From Candidatus Thorarchaeota archaeon (GTDB lineage: Archaea; Asgardarchaeota; Thorarchaeia; Thorarchaeales; Thorarchaeaceae): a stretch of 64,000 bases of DNA. The stretch spans positions 52,888 to 116,887 of the forward strand of contig JAFGAR010000025.1 in NCBI GenBank assembly GCA_016933575.1. The letters are read 5' to 3'. The position numbers were made by a program, and so were the translations under genes. Shown piece by piece: positions 48,445 through 57,277 of this stretch (position 1 is the stretch's first letter; every line of letters begins with the position of its first letter). A model generated the notes under the pieces. That model did no database searches and was not told where the DNA came from. It saw nothing but the letters and a program-made list of their open reading frames with translations.

Positions 48445-48455
48445 AAAATAATGAA

Positions 48456-50045
48456 TTAATGCTTCTTCCAGAAATACGGAAACCATACTAAAACAGTAGA
48501 GACTATTCCAACTACAATGAAAGTTGCAATCAAAATGGAGAGTGGATGCGCAAGGCTTGGTGAATAGAATGAATAACTCAATGCAAAATGAACTAAGAAT
48601 AGTAAGAACGCCAATACCAAATACCTATTCCCACCAACCCACGATATTGGTAGTCCTTTCTCGTGTGCATACTCCACTTCAAGAAAAAATGGATATACTA
48701 GAAATGCAAATGCTCCCAAAGACAATGAAATATTTGAAACAGCAAAATTCTGTGTGATTGCAATTAGAGATGGGCTCAAAATACCCGATAGAAACGCAAA
48801 TGTGGTCCACATAATTGGCTCGAGAATGAATGCTAATGAAAAAATAGTCCACCCTATCTGATTATTCTTAGTTGATGCTTTGGTGATTGATTGTGTGGCA
48901 ATTGATGATCCATATGCCATCAGAAAGCCACTGAATGACGCTAATATAACATGAACAAATCTACCCCAACCAAGCTGTAGAATTGTCATTCCAAATTCAG
49001 ATGTTGTCTGTAACCATGAACCTGCCACGTTTTCAGCCGTCATAGAATTAAAGATTCCAGTAATGTTTGCTGATGATTGAAATAGTTCAATCATTATATG
49101 AATTGGTGAAACAATATTAGCTAAGATAACACATAGAACTATGAGAACCAAGTATATTGGTACGGATATCTTCATAGAGGTTTCGTTAGCAATGAAAAGA
49201 ACTGTACATATTAGGATTGCAAACAAAAGCACAATGTAGGGGAAATAGATTGGATTTGTGAAATCTATAAATATTATTGAAAAACCTGTTACAAATCCAC
49301 ATGTAAATAGAGGAAGTGTGTAAGCTGCCACTTTTGGATTTGTAGATGCCTTTAAGAGATGAAGCCATAGTGCATCTTTAGTTTTGCTGGCTTTGGATGC
49401 AATCTCTTCAATTTTTCTTCTTCGCTTGATAATGATATCATATAGGACAACTAGTATTATCAAGTAGTTCAGCAGTGTTGTACCACCAAGGCCAAGAAAC
49501 ATTGTGAAAACGCTTAATCCAAAATAGACTGATGCAATGCCTCCTGTCGTGTGATTTGTCCCTTTGAGTAGTCGATTGTATTGCCAGAAAATTAACAAAA
49601 TAAATGATATAATAGCACCAATTGCCAGAAGGAGGGCGGACCAGCCAAGGATAATTGCTAGCATATCAACTGGGTGTGGACTAAATGCACTGAAAACATA
49701 GTCCCACCAAATTCTATGCCCCTCTGGATCTTGGGCATAAATTCCACCTTGTAGCACGAAATAGATATAGATGAATGTGAACCACATAAAATCTAAGAAT
49801 TGAGTAAGACTACTTTCTATTCCAAAAACTTTCTTTGGTATATTGAGTTTGATAATTGCTACACCAAACGCAATTGCATTAATAATTGCTGCATATTGGG
49901 GTAGACCAAACAATGCAAGTGTAAGTGGTATGAACATAAGGAGCGCAGCAACAATTTTAGCTAATGTCCTATTAGTCGATTTTTCATCTTCATCTAGAAT
50001 TGTAATTGTATCGACAATCGTATCGACAAATAGCTCTTTACTCAA
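48456..50045 (-). CDS. Orphan polytopic membrane protein (cassette 2)
   Basis: 529 aa, ~14 hydrophobic segments, AT-rich; no recognisable motif. Confidence 0.72.
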   Translation of the reverse strand: MSKELFVDTIVDTITILDEDEKSTNRTLAKIVAALLMFIPLTLALFGLPQYAAIINAIAFGVAIIKLNIPKKVFGIESSLTQFLDFMWFTFIYIYFVLQGGIYAQDPEGHRIWWDYVFSAFSPHPVDMLAIILGWSALLLAIGAIISFILLIFWQYNRLLKGTNHTTGGIASVYFGLSVFTMFLGLGGTTLLNYLIILVVLYDIIIKRRRKIEEIASKASKTKDALWLHLLKASTNPKVAAYTLPLFTCGFVTGFSIIFIDFTNPIYFPYIVLLFAILICTVLFIANETSMKISVPIYLVLIVLCVILANIVSPIHIMIELFQSSANITGIFNSMTAENVAGSWLQTTSEFGMTILQLGWGRFVHVILASFSGFLMAYGSSIATQSITKASTKNNQIGWTIFSLAFILEPIMWTTFAFLSGILSPSLIAITQNFAVSNISLSLGAFAFLVYPFFLEVEYAHEKGLPISWVGGNRYLVLAFLLFLVHFALSYSFYSPSLAHPLSILIATFIVVGIVSTVLVWFPYFWKKH

Positions 50046-50112
50046 CTACATTCCTCCTATATTCTCAAATGAAACTTACACTTGTTAATGAATTTTGGTA
50101 AAATCAGACAGT

Positions 50113-50199
50113 TGGAAACCTAGCCCAATGAACGAGGAGAAGGAGCGCATCAAAGAACTCTGTCAGCCTGTCATTGAATGGGTCAAGACCATGAAGTAA
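50113..50199 (+). repeat. R2: displaced copy of the last 29 codons of the DUF35 gene
   Basis: 75/87 nt identical to 47550-47636 without gaps; encodes WKPSPMNEEKERIKELCQPVIEWVKTMK*. Confidence 0.95.
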
Positions 50200-50297
50200 T
50201 CTTGAGACTTGAAAGAGATGGTGAACTCCAGCTCTCATTCATTTTTTTAGTTAATTTTCAATTGAATCACTAATTCTAGATTTCATTGAAATCTGGT

Positions 50298-52607
50298 TCA
50301 GGTATCACTTACCATACCCTGCGGAATAATTAGAGCTTCTCTTAGCTCAAGCCCCGTAGTTGTGAAATAACTTCTACCGGTGTAAGTTACTTTGGGATTA
50401 TCTCCGATCAATAGAACACGTAGAGGTAAGGAAAACTCAGCAATAATCAAATCGATGAGAGTGGAAAGAGTCTCACTGTCCTGTGCATCATCTGTGATTT
50501 GGGTATGCGTTTCTTCAAGAATACCCTTCTCTTTGTAGTAGAGGAATATTGTATAGATTGCTGTTAAGATGATATAGCCAATAAGACCAAGAAATATTAG
50601 CTTGAAGAAATCAGGGAATAATAAGCTTTGAAATGAGGAGAACAGCTGATACAGTAGTATCCAAACAATCGTTGTTATGACTAGTGCAATCCCCTCAAGT
50701 TTAGGATATGATGAACGTGTCTTCCATACTCTTTCGAACTCCTCTTTTGACCATGGTATCCTATGCTTGAATTTGACCATTACCACGCGAATGAATGTAT
50801 GCATGAACATTGATACCATTCCGAGCCTAAGGTATTCGACTGGAGCATTAGTATCAGTGATTGAACCAAAGGCAGTGCTACTATGTACTCTCTGGTCAAG
50901 ATGTGCAATGAGAAAAGTCAGTTGTTTCCGATTGAGTCCATAAAATCTTGTGGACTTTCGAGCCTTGAGGTATCTGCAACTTCCAACTAGGAAAAGAGGA
51001 AGCCCAATTATAAAACACCCAAGGGAGAATATATTCATGAAAGCTCCCATGGAAAACAATGCTGAGAAGAGAAAGTGAGTCATAACCCCTAAGAACAACA
51101 ACAATCCACCAATCGCTGCATATAGAATCGTTTCATATTGCTCTGTATACACTTCTCGTGCCCTGCTAGTTATTTTTCTAGCAAAGTCTTCGTGACCTCT
51201 CGCTTCGAGTAGTTGTTGCCAGTCTGGCGAAATCCTTGGAATTTCAATCGCTTTATACACAGATTCAGGTTGTGCTTTTTCAACGATAGATTCATCTGAG
51301 TAGTCTTGATCCTCCCTGAATCCAAGAAAGTTGAGACTTCGCTTAATTATCTCTTGGTCACCAAGTCGTCTAGCTAAGAGGAAACGGTCTCTTGTTGATA
51401 GAAACGCAGCTACAACAAATACAAAAATAGCGATTATACTCCACACCATTAGAATATCCACTACATCAATGAATTCCAGGCCTGCAATTGTAATTAGAAC
51501 TAAAAGACTGAGACTGAACATGAATCGCTCAATCCGTACTCTTTTTTGAAACTCATGTTCTGTAAGCAAGTACGAGTTGTACTGACTCACTCTAGGAGGA
51601 GCGTATCTCCCTTTCTCATACCTTGATGAATACTGGTAAACAAACAGACTGATCACTGGGAGTATGATTGCTGGCATCATGAGAAGAATCCCTTGAATGA
51701 TCTCGATACTGACAAGGACCACCAATGATATTGCAGAAAGTAGACCTATACTCAAGAATAGTGTAACTCCAATGTAGATCGATCTTGATAGATTACCAAA
51801 TCTACCCTGAGTGAATTGTAAAGTCTGCTTAGCAAACTGAATGTCATTGTTAGAAAAAGTCTTCTCCGAATTGAATTCAATATCCCTTCCAATAGCATCG
51901 AATATTCTCTTAGAATACGAGTTTGATTTGTAAATTGAATATAATGCATTGAGAGAATCCTCGTTCGAGTCTACAGATACACGTCTTCCAAGACCGACGA
52001 GAAGTTGTAGTGTTCGACCCGTTGACAGTGAACCAATCTTATCACTTGGCTCTTTTTCCTGATTACTGGTGTGGGTATATGTGGGAGCGCATTTTCCTAG
52101 GCAGAAAATGAATGCTATCATCATGATAAGATACCCAAACTGAATCGCAACAAAGTCTACAACAATATCAATAATGAAAGGTAAAGAAGGTTGAAGCCAA
52201 CCCGATAAATCCGCAAGCGTTAGTAATGACAGTATTCCAGATATCAAGAATACTGCTAGAGATACTCCCCATTTCTCATATATCCCTCTGACAATCATGT
52301 ATGCTATTATTCCTGAAAGTAGAATGGGTATTAGATCTGCAAGTGCCATAACCGAGATCATTACTAACTCCAAGAGTGGTATCGAACCTACAGTATATTC
52401 TATGACTATTCCTACAAGGATGATCGGAGCGGCAACTAAGAGATGGAAACCGAGAAGAACCAGTAGGCCGATAAGTTCTCCCTTCTTTGGATTCCTTCCC
52501 AACTTTAGATGCCCTCTCTTTCGTGCCTCATCTACCAGGTATGAAACTGTGAAAAAAAGACCGAACAGTAATGGAAACCATTGTACGAAAAGTTCACTGA
52601 TTGTCAA
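50298..52607 (-). CDS. Orphan polytopic membrane protein (cassette 3)
   Basis: 769 aa; repeated TM hairpins separated by soluble loops. Confidence 0.75.
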   Translation of the reverse strand: MTISELFVQWFPLLFGLFFTVSYLVDEARKRGHLKLGRNPKKGELIGLLVLLGFHLLVAAPIILVGIVIEYTVGSIPLLELVMISVMALADLIPILLSGIIAYMIVRGIYEKWGVSLAVFLISGILSLLTLADLSGWLQPSLPFIIDIVVDFVAIQFGYLIMMIAFIFCLGKCAPTYTHTSNQEKEPSDKIGSLSTGRTLQLLVGLGRRVSVDSNEDSLNALYSIYKSNSYSKRIFDAIGRDIEFNSEKTFSNNDIQFAKQTLQFTQGRFGNLSRSIYIGVTLFLSIGLLSAISLVVLVSIEIIQGILLMMPAIILPVISLFVYQYSSRYEKGRYAPPRVSQYNSYLLTEHEFQKRVRIERFMFSLSLLVLITIAGLEFIDVVDILMVWSIIAIFVFVVAAFLSTRDRFLLARRLGDQEIIKRSLNFLGFREDQDYSDESIVEKAQPESVYKAIEIPRISPDWQQLLEARGHEDFARKITSRAREVYTEQYETILYAAIGGLLLFLGVMTHFLFSALFSMGAFMNIFSLGCFIIGLPLFLVGSCRYLKARKSTRFYGLNRKQLTFLIAHLDQRVHSSTAFGSITDTNAPVEYLRLGMVSMFMHTFIRVVMVKFKHRIPWSKEEFERVWKTRSSYPKLEGIALVITTIVWILLYQLFSSFQSLLFPDFFKLIFLGLIGYIILTAIYTIFLYYKEKGILEETHTQITDDAQDSETLSTLIDLIIAEFSLPLRVLLIGDNPKVTYTGRSYFTTTGLELREALIIPQGMVSDT

Positions 52608-52764
52608 ATCTCAACCCTCTCCACATGATTTGATTACGTTAAGTGCAATATATCAACTTTCCTTATCAAAAATCAACAGAAATCACTTGTACTTTATTCT
52701 ATTGCAGTGTCATTGACTAGATGTTCAAATCATCTTATGGTTCAATACTCGGTTCGTTGGATCT

Positions 52765-52828
52765 GGAGAAGGAGGGCATGAAGGAACTCCATCAATTCGT
52801 GATTGACTGAGTCAAGACAATGAAATGA
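52765..52828 (+). repeat. R3: decayed copy of the DUF35 3' end
   Basis: 49/64 nt identical to R2 without gaps (EKEGMKELHQFVID*VKTMK*). Confidence 0.88.
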
Positions 52829-53026
52829 TTTTGAAACACTTTGAGTGGTCTTCTTCTTTTTATGTGAATCTGTATTAAATTCTTACAAAATCAGATTAAT
52901 TTCAAGATCTTCCTAACAAAACTATTCTCTGAATGCTTTACATACCATGAGCAAGATGAGGACACTGGAGCTATGAAGTACATCTTTATATCAATTGTTT
53001 TGAATAGTATTGTGAGGTTAAAAGAA

Positions 53027-53230
53027 GTGACCACTAGAACGATTCCAGTGTCAGAGGAGGTCTATAAACTACTGGAGAAATTAAGACTTCCTGGAGAGCG
53101 ATATGATGACACAATCCTTCGTCTCGCTGGGATCAAGGCACGTGGTAAAGACTTTGACAGAGCATTCAAAGAGGCACTTGATGCAGTTGTGAAAGAGGAT
53201 GCAGAGCTCCTTGAGAGACTTGCACAATAG
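53027..53230 (+). CDS. Antitoxin (archaeal VapB/DUF217-like RHH)
   Basis: TRTIPVSEEVYKLLEKLRLPGERYDDTILRL; tail EDAELLERLAQ typical of Doc-associated antidotes. Confidence 0.8.
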   Translation: MTTRTIPVSEEVYKLLEKLRLPGERYDDTILRLAGIKARGKDFDRAFKEALDAVVKEDAELLERLAQ

Positions 53231-53246
53231 AGTGTAATCTCTGGAG

Positions 53247-53639
53247 TTGTTTACATTGCGATACCTCACATTCGATGAGATTCTACAGATTCATAGAAGA
53301 ATGATAGAGGCGTTTGGTGGTGAAGATGAAATTCTCTCAGAAGAGGCTCTTGAGAATTGTGTTGCACTACCTATGATGGCCATCTTTGGAACAGAAACAA
53401 GTACATCATTGTGGTCAAAGGCAGCAACGCTTTTACATTGTATAGCTAACAGACATCCCTTCATTGATGGGAATAAGAGAACTGCTTGGACTGCAGCCAA
53501 AGTCTTCCTACTATTGAATGGATTTCGGTTGAGTGCATCTCCAGAAGATGGAGAGAGTAAGGTATTGGATGTCGTTAAAGGAGTTATCGATCTGGAAAAG
53601 CTCGCATATTGGATTGAGACCCATTCTGAATCGGTGTAG
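53247..53639 (+). CDS. Doc/Fic family toxin
   Basis: HPFIDGNKRTA motif. Confidence 0.92.
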   Translation: MFTLRYLTFDEILQIHRRMIEAFGGEDEILSEEALENCVALPMMAIFGTETSTSLWSKAATLLHCIANRHPFIDGNKRTAWTAAKVFLLLNGFRLSASPEDGESKVLDVVKGVIDLEKLAYWIETHSESV

Positions 53640-53695
53640 AAAATGAGAGTGAAATTCTCTAGTCATTTGAGGGAGCTTACCATTCACCAATAATA

Positions 53696-53717
53696 CTATA
53701 TGTAGATATACATATAG
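53696..53717. promoter_or_regulatory. Probable TA operator CTATATGTA-GATA-TACATATAG
   Basis: Perfect 9-bp arms, 18 nt upstream of the antitoxin start. Confidence 0.6.
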
Positions 53718-53735
53718 AATCCATGGGTAAGTTAC

Positions 53736-53948
53736 ATGGGTCAAAAGAATATACCTGTGGATTCTCATACGTATGAGATTCTGAAATCTCTCAAACGTCC
53801 AGGTGAGTCTTTTCGCGAACTCATTCTCCGTCTTATACAAGGTCAGGGAGATAGGGTCCTGCGGCATTTTGGTGCTTGGCAAATGGAACAGGATGAGCTT
53901 AATGCGATTCAAGACTCTTTAGAAAAGGGTTGGACTGGGTGGGATTGA
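53736..53948 (+). CDS. vapB: VapB-like antitoxin
   Basis: KNIPVDSHTYEILKSLKRPGESFRELILRL..FGAW; TGATG overlap with the toxin gene. Confidence 0.85.
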   Translation: MGQKNIPVDSHTYEILKSLKRPGESFRELILRLIQGQGDRVLRHFGAWQMEQDELNAIQDSLEKGWTGWD

Positions 53949-54355
53949 TGAAATCCATTTGCCTAGATACAACAATTCTCGTTGACTTGGAACGAGGAAT
54001 ACCCTCAGCGAAGGAGAAAATTGAGGCGATGTTATCAGAATCATATCGATTATCTACAACCACAATTAACCTCTTTGAGATGGCCTTTGGAGCTCATAAG
54101 TCCAAGATGAGTAAAAAAAATCTCAAAGATCTACTTACACTTTCAGAAGATCTTGATGTCTGGAACTTCGATATTTCCAGTAGTTTTCTAGCAGGTGAAT
54201 TACTACACAAGCTTGAATTGAAAGGAACTCCCATCGGATTCAGGGATGTCTTCATTGCATCGATTGCTCTTACAAATAGATGCGACAAGATTGTGACCTC
54301 TAATGTGAAAGACTTTTCACGCATTCCTGGAATCTCAGCAGTAGAATACGATTAA
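53948..54355 (+). CDS. vapC: VapC PIN-domain ribonuclease toxin
   Basis: LDTTILVD, NLFEMAFG, RDVFIASIAL and VTSNVKDFSRI motifs. Confidence 0.92.
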   Translation: MKSICLDTTILVDLERGIPSAKEKIEAMLSESYRLSTTTINLFEMAFGAHKSKMSKKNLKDLLTLSEDLDVWNFDISSSFLAGELLHKLELKGTPIGFRDVFIASIALTNRCDKIVTSNVKDFSRIPGISAVEYD

Positions 54356-54521
54356 GACTAGGAAGACCATAGATATCGTAATCACCTTCAAGGAATTCTC
54401 TATGAATATTTTCATTTGTTACTCTCAATAAATGAAACAATTGAAGTGAGAGAGAGAGTATGCAAAGGTATAAACTGGAAGGAATGCTTTAGAATGCGAT
54501 TAATAGTGGGAGATATCTAAG

Positions 54522-54947
54522 ATGCCTAAACTGCCTGAGACACGTAAAAAACGTTACATGCAGAAGATACACCATGGTCGGCATAGAATCGCACTTGTTG
54601 AAGAATGGCAGATGGAAAAGGTATCGGACTATGATATAAAGAATCTACTGGCAATAGAGAAGGCCGCTCAAGAATCGATTGAAGTAGCCACAGACTTGAT
54701 TGCGATGATTCTAAAAGATACATCAATCCCACCGACTGATGATTATACTAATATCTCGAGGCTTCTAGAACAGGGTCTTATCACAGAAGAAATTGGGAAG
54801 ATCATGAGAAACGCCAATGGCCTCAGGAATCGTCTTATTCATGTGTATAACGATATAGAGATCGAAGTGCTTCTACAGAGCATCAAACGAGTGCTTCCCG
54901 GAATAACCAAATTTTTGGATGTGGTAGAAAAATGGTTGAGCAAGTGA
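54522..54947 (+). CDS. HEPN (DUF86/HepT-like) RNase toxin
   Basis: GLRNRLIHVY fits the RX4HXY motif. Confidence 0.88.
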   Translation: MPKLPETRKKRYMQKIHHGRHRIALVEEWQMEKVSDYDIKNLLAIEKAAQESIEVATDLIAMILKDTSIPPTDDYTNISRLLEQGLITEEIGKIMRNANGLRNRLIHVYNDIEIEVLLQSIKRVLPGITKFLDVVEKWLSK

Positions 54948-55372
54948 TTTCTAGCATTAAAAGTGAACTTGATTGGATGCAAGAGATAGATCAAGTTGAT
55001 GCAATCCTTCTTTTTGGCTCTCAAATTGAAGGTACTGCCACAGATAGAAGCGATTACGATATCTGTGTTGTAGCTTCGACTCTACAATCTGAGGATGAGC
55101 AGGCAGCACTACTCGGCAAGATCTGGGGGCAAATAAATGCAGACAAGTTTGATGTCTGGCTTTTCGAAGAGCTACCCTTATACCTCCAAATGGCTGTTAT
55201 CGAAAACCACGAGATACTTTTTTGTGCTGATATTCCAGAACTCTTCGAATATTTCTATCAATTTAGAAAAGAGTGGAGTACACAGGCGCACAGGCAGTCT
55301 CTGACTTTTGAATTTGGTATAGATCCAATGAAGCTGAAGGAGATCTGGAAAACAGAACCCAAATCCATCTGA
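54932..55372 (+). CDS. Minimal nucleotidyltransferase (MNT/MntA-like antitoxin)
   Basis: LLFGSQIEGTATDRSDYDICV fits GSX10DXD; FEELPLY. Confidence 0.88.
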   Translation: MVEQVISSIKSELDWMQEIDQVDAILLFGSQIEGTATDRSDYDICVVASTLQSEDEQAALLGKIWGQINADKFDVWLFEELPLYLQMAVIENHEILFCADIPELFEYFYQFRKEWSTQAHRQSLTFEFGIDPMKLKEIWKTEPKSI

Positions 55373-55408
55373 ACCTACTCCTATTCGAAAAAACATGCCC
55401 AAAAAGTT

Positions 55409-55433
55409 TTGAACGAGTCAAGACCATGAAGTA
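55409..55433 (+). repeat. R4: short copy of the DUF35 3' end
   Basis: TTGAACGAGTCAAGACCATGAAGTA matches R2 at 23/25. Confidence 0.8.
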
Positions 55434-55550
55434 CTTGTTATAATAGAGGACCCTTGCTGATTTGATTGAACATGCTATCTGAAATCCATTCGTACAAAGT
55501 GAACGCAATTGTCAAGTACTTGTTCGGTCAGTAGTCGCATGGTTATAGAT

Positions 55551-56051
55551 ATGTGCACAATTTCCAAGATTCTGCTAGATATGATAGATCATGAGGGTCG
55601 TCAAACTAGATTTGTCATGACAGCTGCTACAGGTTCTGATCTTAATTTCAAACCCTCAGATGGGATGCGTTCTTTGTTCGATGTGATGAATCATTTGGCT
55701 GAGATTCCAACAATTGACCTACAATTCTGCTCAATGCAATTCAATAACTTTGAAGAAGTCCATGCAATGGAAAAGGAGCTTCGCAGGAACACGATTGATG
55801 AACTGCTTGCACTCTATGACGAAGGGATGGAGGCTATTCATGAATTCATCTCAAAACTCTCTGATGACCAACTTACGGAGAACAGTCTGAAGCCATTCGA
55901 TTTAGAAGGGCCACCAAGGAGTTGGGCTCATTATATCCCGGAGATCACGACTCATCTAGCAATGCACAAAATGCAGTTATGGATGTACCTGAGACTTGCT
56001 GGTGCTCCTGTAAATATGCGGACATACTATGGAGTTCGCCAGAACGATTGA
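55551..56051 (+). CDS. DinB/YfiT-like protein
   Basis: FKPSDGMRSLFDVMNHL..THLAMHKMQLWMYLRL; alternative start at 55539. Confidence 0.85.
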   Translation: MCTISKILLDMIDHEGRQTRFVMTAATGSDLNFKPSDGMRSLFDVMNHLAEIPTIDLQFCSMQFNNFEEVHAMEKELRRNTIDELLALYDEGMEAIHEFISKLSDDQLTENSLKPFDLEGPPRSWAHYIPEITTHLAMHKMQLWMYLRLAGAPVNMRTYYGVRQND

Positions 56052-56117
56052 ACTCTTCAGGTTCTGCCATACTGGGAACTTTTATTGAACGCCTCACCTG
56101 AAATAATATTCTGCTTA

Positions 56118-56170
56118 GCATGAAGGAACTCTCCAACCATGTCTTCCAATCAGTCATGAGTATGAACTAG
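56118..56170 (+). repeat. R5: heavily decayed copy of the DUF35 3' end
   Basis: 36/53 nt identical to R2 without gaps, stop codon in register (MKELSNHVFQSVMSMN*). Confidence 0.7.
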
Positions 56171-56428
56171 ACTCTCAACAAAGGAGCTGGATTTTGATAT
56201 CTGAGATGAATTGATCAAGACCAACAGTGTGGGAAGAAGATCTCTAAAATGCCTTAGTTTTAGCCATTTCGCCAAAAATAGCATTGAATGAACGCGTTTT
56301 AACGACGGGAAACTCCAATCTAGCAAAGAGATTATTGTTTCTAGCTCGGCGTTCTTGAGAATATTGATTATTTCACTGCTTCGATTTCAATTCATGTGAC
56401 CTTACTGATTAGGAAGTAGAGTAATCAA

Positions 56429-57186
56429 ATGAAAGAACTGAGAGTCAAAGGCTCATACCACAACATGGGTCTTCAATTTGGAAAGTCACTCTCATCTTTG
56501 CAAGGAATCAGGACTGGATAAAATCAGATGTGGAGGCACTGCATGTCATCCATGCAGAACCTGAAAACGGTCAGAGGAGTGTGGGATTTAGCTTCGGTGA
56601 TAATGGAAGATATGGTGGACAGAATAAAGAAGGTCTAACTATTGCGAGCGCCTATGTCGGGATGTACGCTGGACAATACCCGAAACCTGGAATCAGGATG
56701 AACATATCTTCAAGATGGGCACTGGACAACTTCGCTACTACTGAGGAGACTGTTGACTATCTCTTGAAGATACCTCATACTGAACCTGTGAACTTTCTTG
56801 TCGCTGACGGTATGGGTACCATTGCAAGGGTCGAAACATGTCCAGAGAAGACAGCAGCTAGATATCTGGAGAGCGGATTAGAGGTTGTAACTGTCTTCTA
56901 TGTAATTGATGAGATGAAACATTTAGATCGACCTTGGCCCGAAGATTTTCTCTTCTATGAATACGATAAAAGGGTGAAGAAGTGGTTCGAGGAAAACAGA
57001 GGCAATATCACTGTGGAAAAGGTCAAGGCTCTGTGCAGAGACCCGGAGAATGGCATCTGCGAGTATTATGGCAATCCTGGTGATAGTGATGAGATAACAA
57101 TCTGGTCATGGGTTGCAGAAACAAGTCCTGCAAGAATACAGATTTCACCAGGTCCCCCATGCCATACAGACTACAAGAAATTGTAA
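56429..57186 (+). pseudogene. C45 (acyl-CoA:6-APA acyltransferase-like Ntn) peptidase with internal deletion and frameshift
   Basis: ATG 56429 gives MKELRVKGSYHNMGLQFGKSL. Another frame then reads LIFARNQDW..GQNKEGL..NFLVAD..GPPC. The segment carrying the nucleophile Cys is absent. Confidence 0.75.
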
Positions 57187-57277
57187 ACCATATCGTGTTG
57201 TGAGCAGAGTGCTATAAAATTGCACGCAACTTCTGGCATGAAATCTGAAACGCATCAACTCAGATTTCGTTTTGACA

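Noticed and set aside
54387-54440. Possible additional highly decayed DUF35-end copy (CTTCAAGGAATTCT...TCAATAAATGAAAC) between vapC and HEPN
   Set aside because: Requires gaps and is AT-rich; cannot be distinguished from chance by eye.
47550-56170. CRISPR array or classical integron attC interpretation of the repeats
   Set aside because: Spacing is 0.7-2.6 kb, and the repeats are non-palindromic and protein-coding in origin. No cas or intI gene and no RYYYAAC..GTTRRRY pairing was seen.
56207-56224. GAATTGATCAAGACCA fragment resembling the repeat core
   Set aside because: Too short to support alone.
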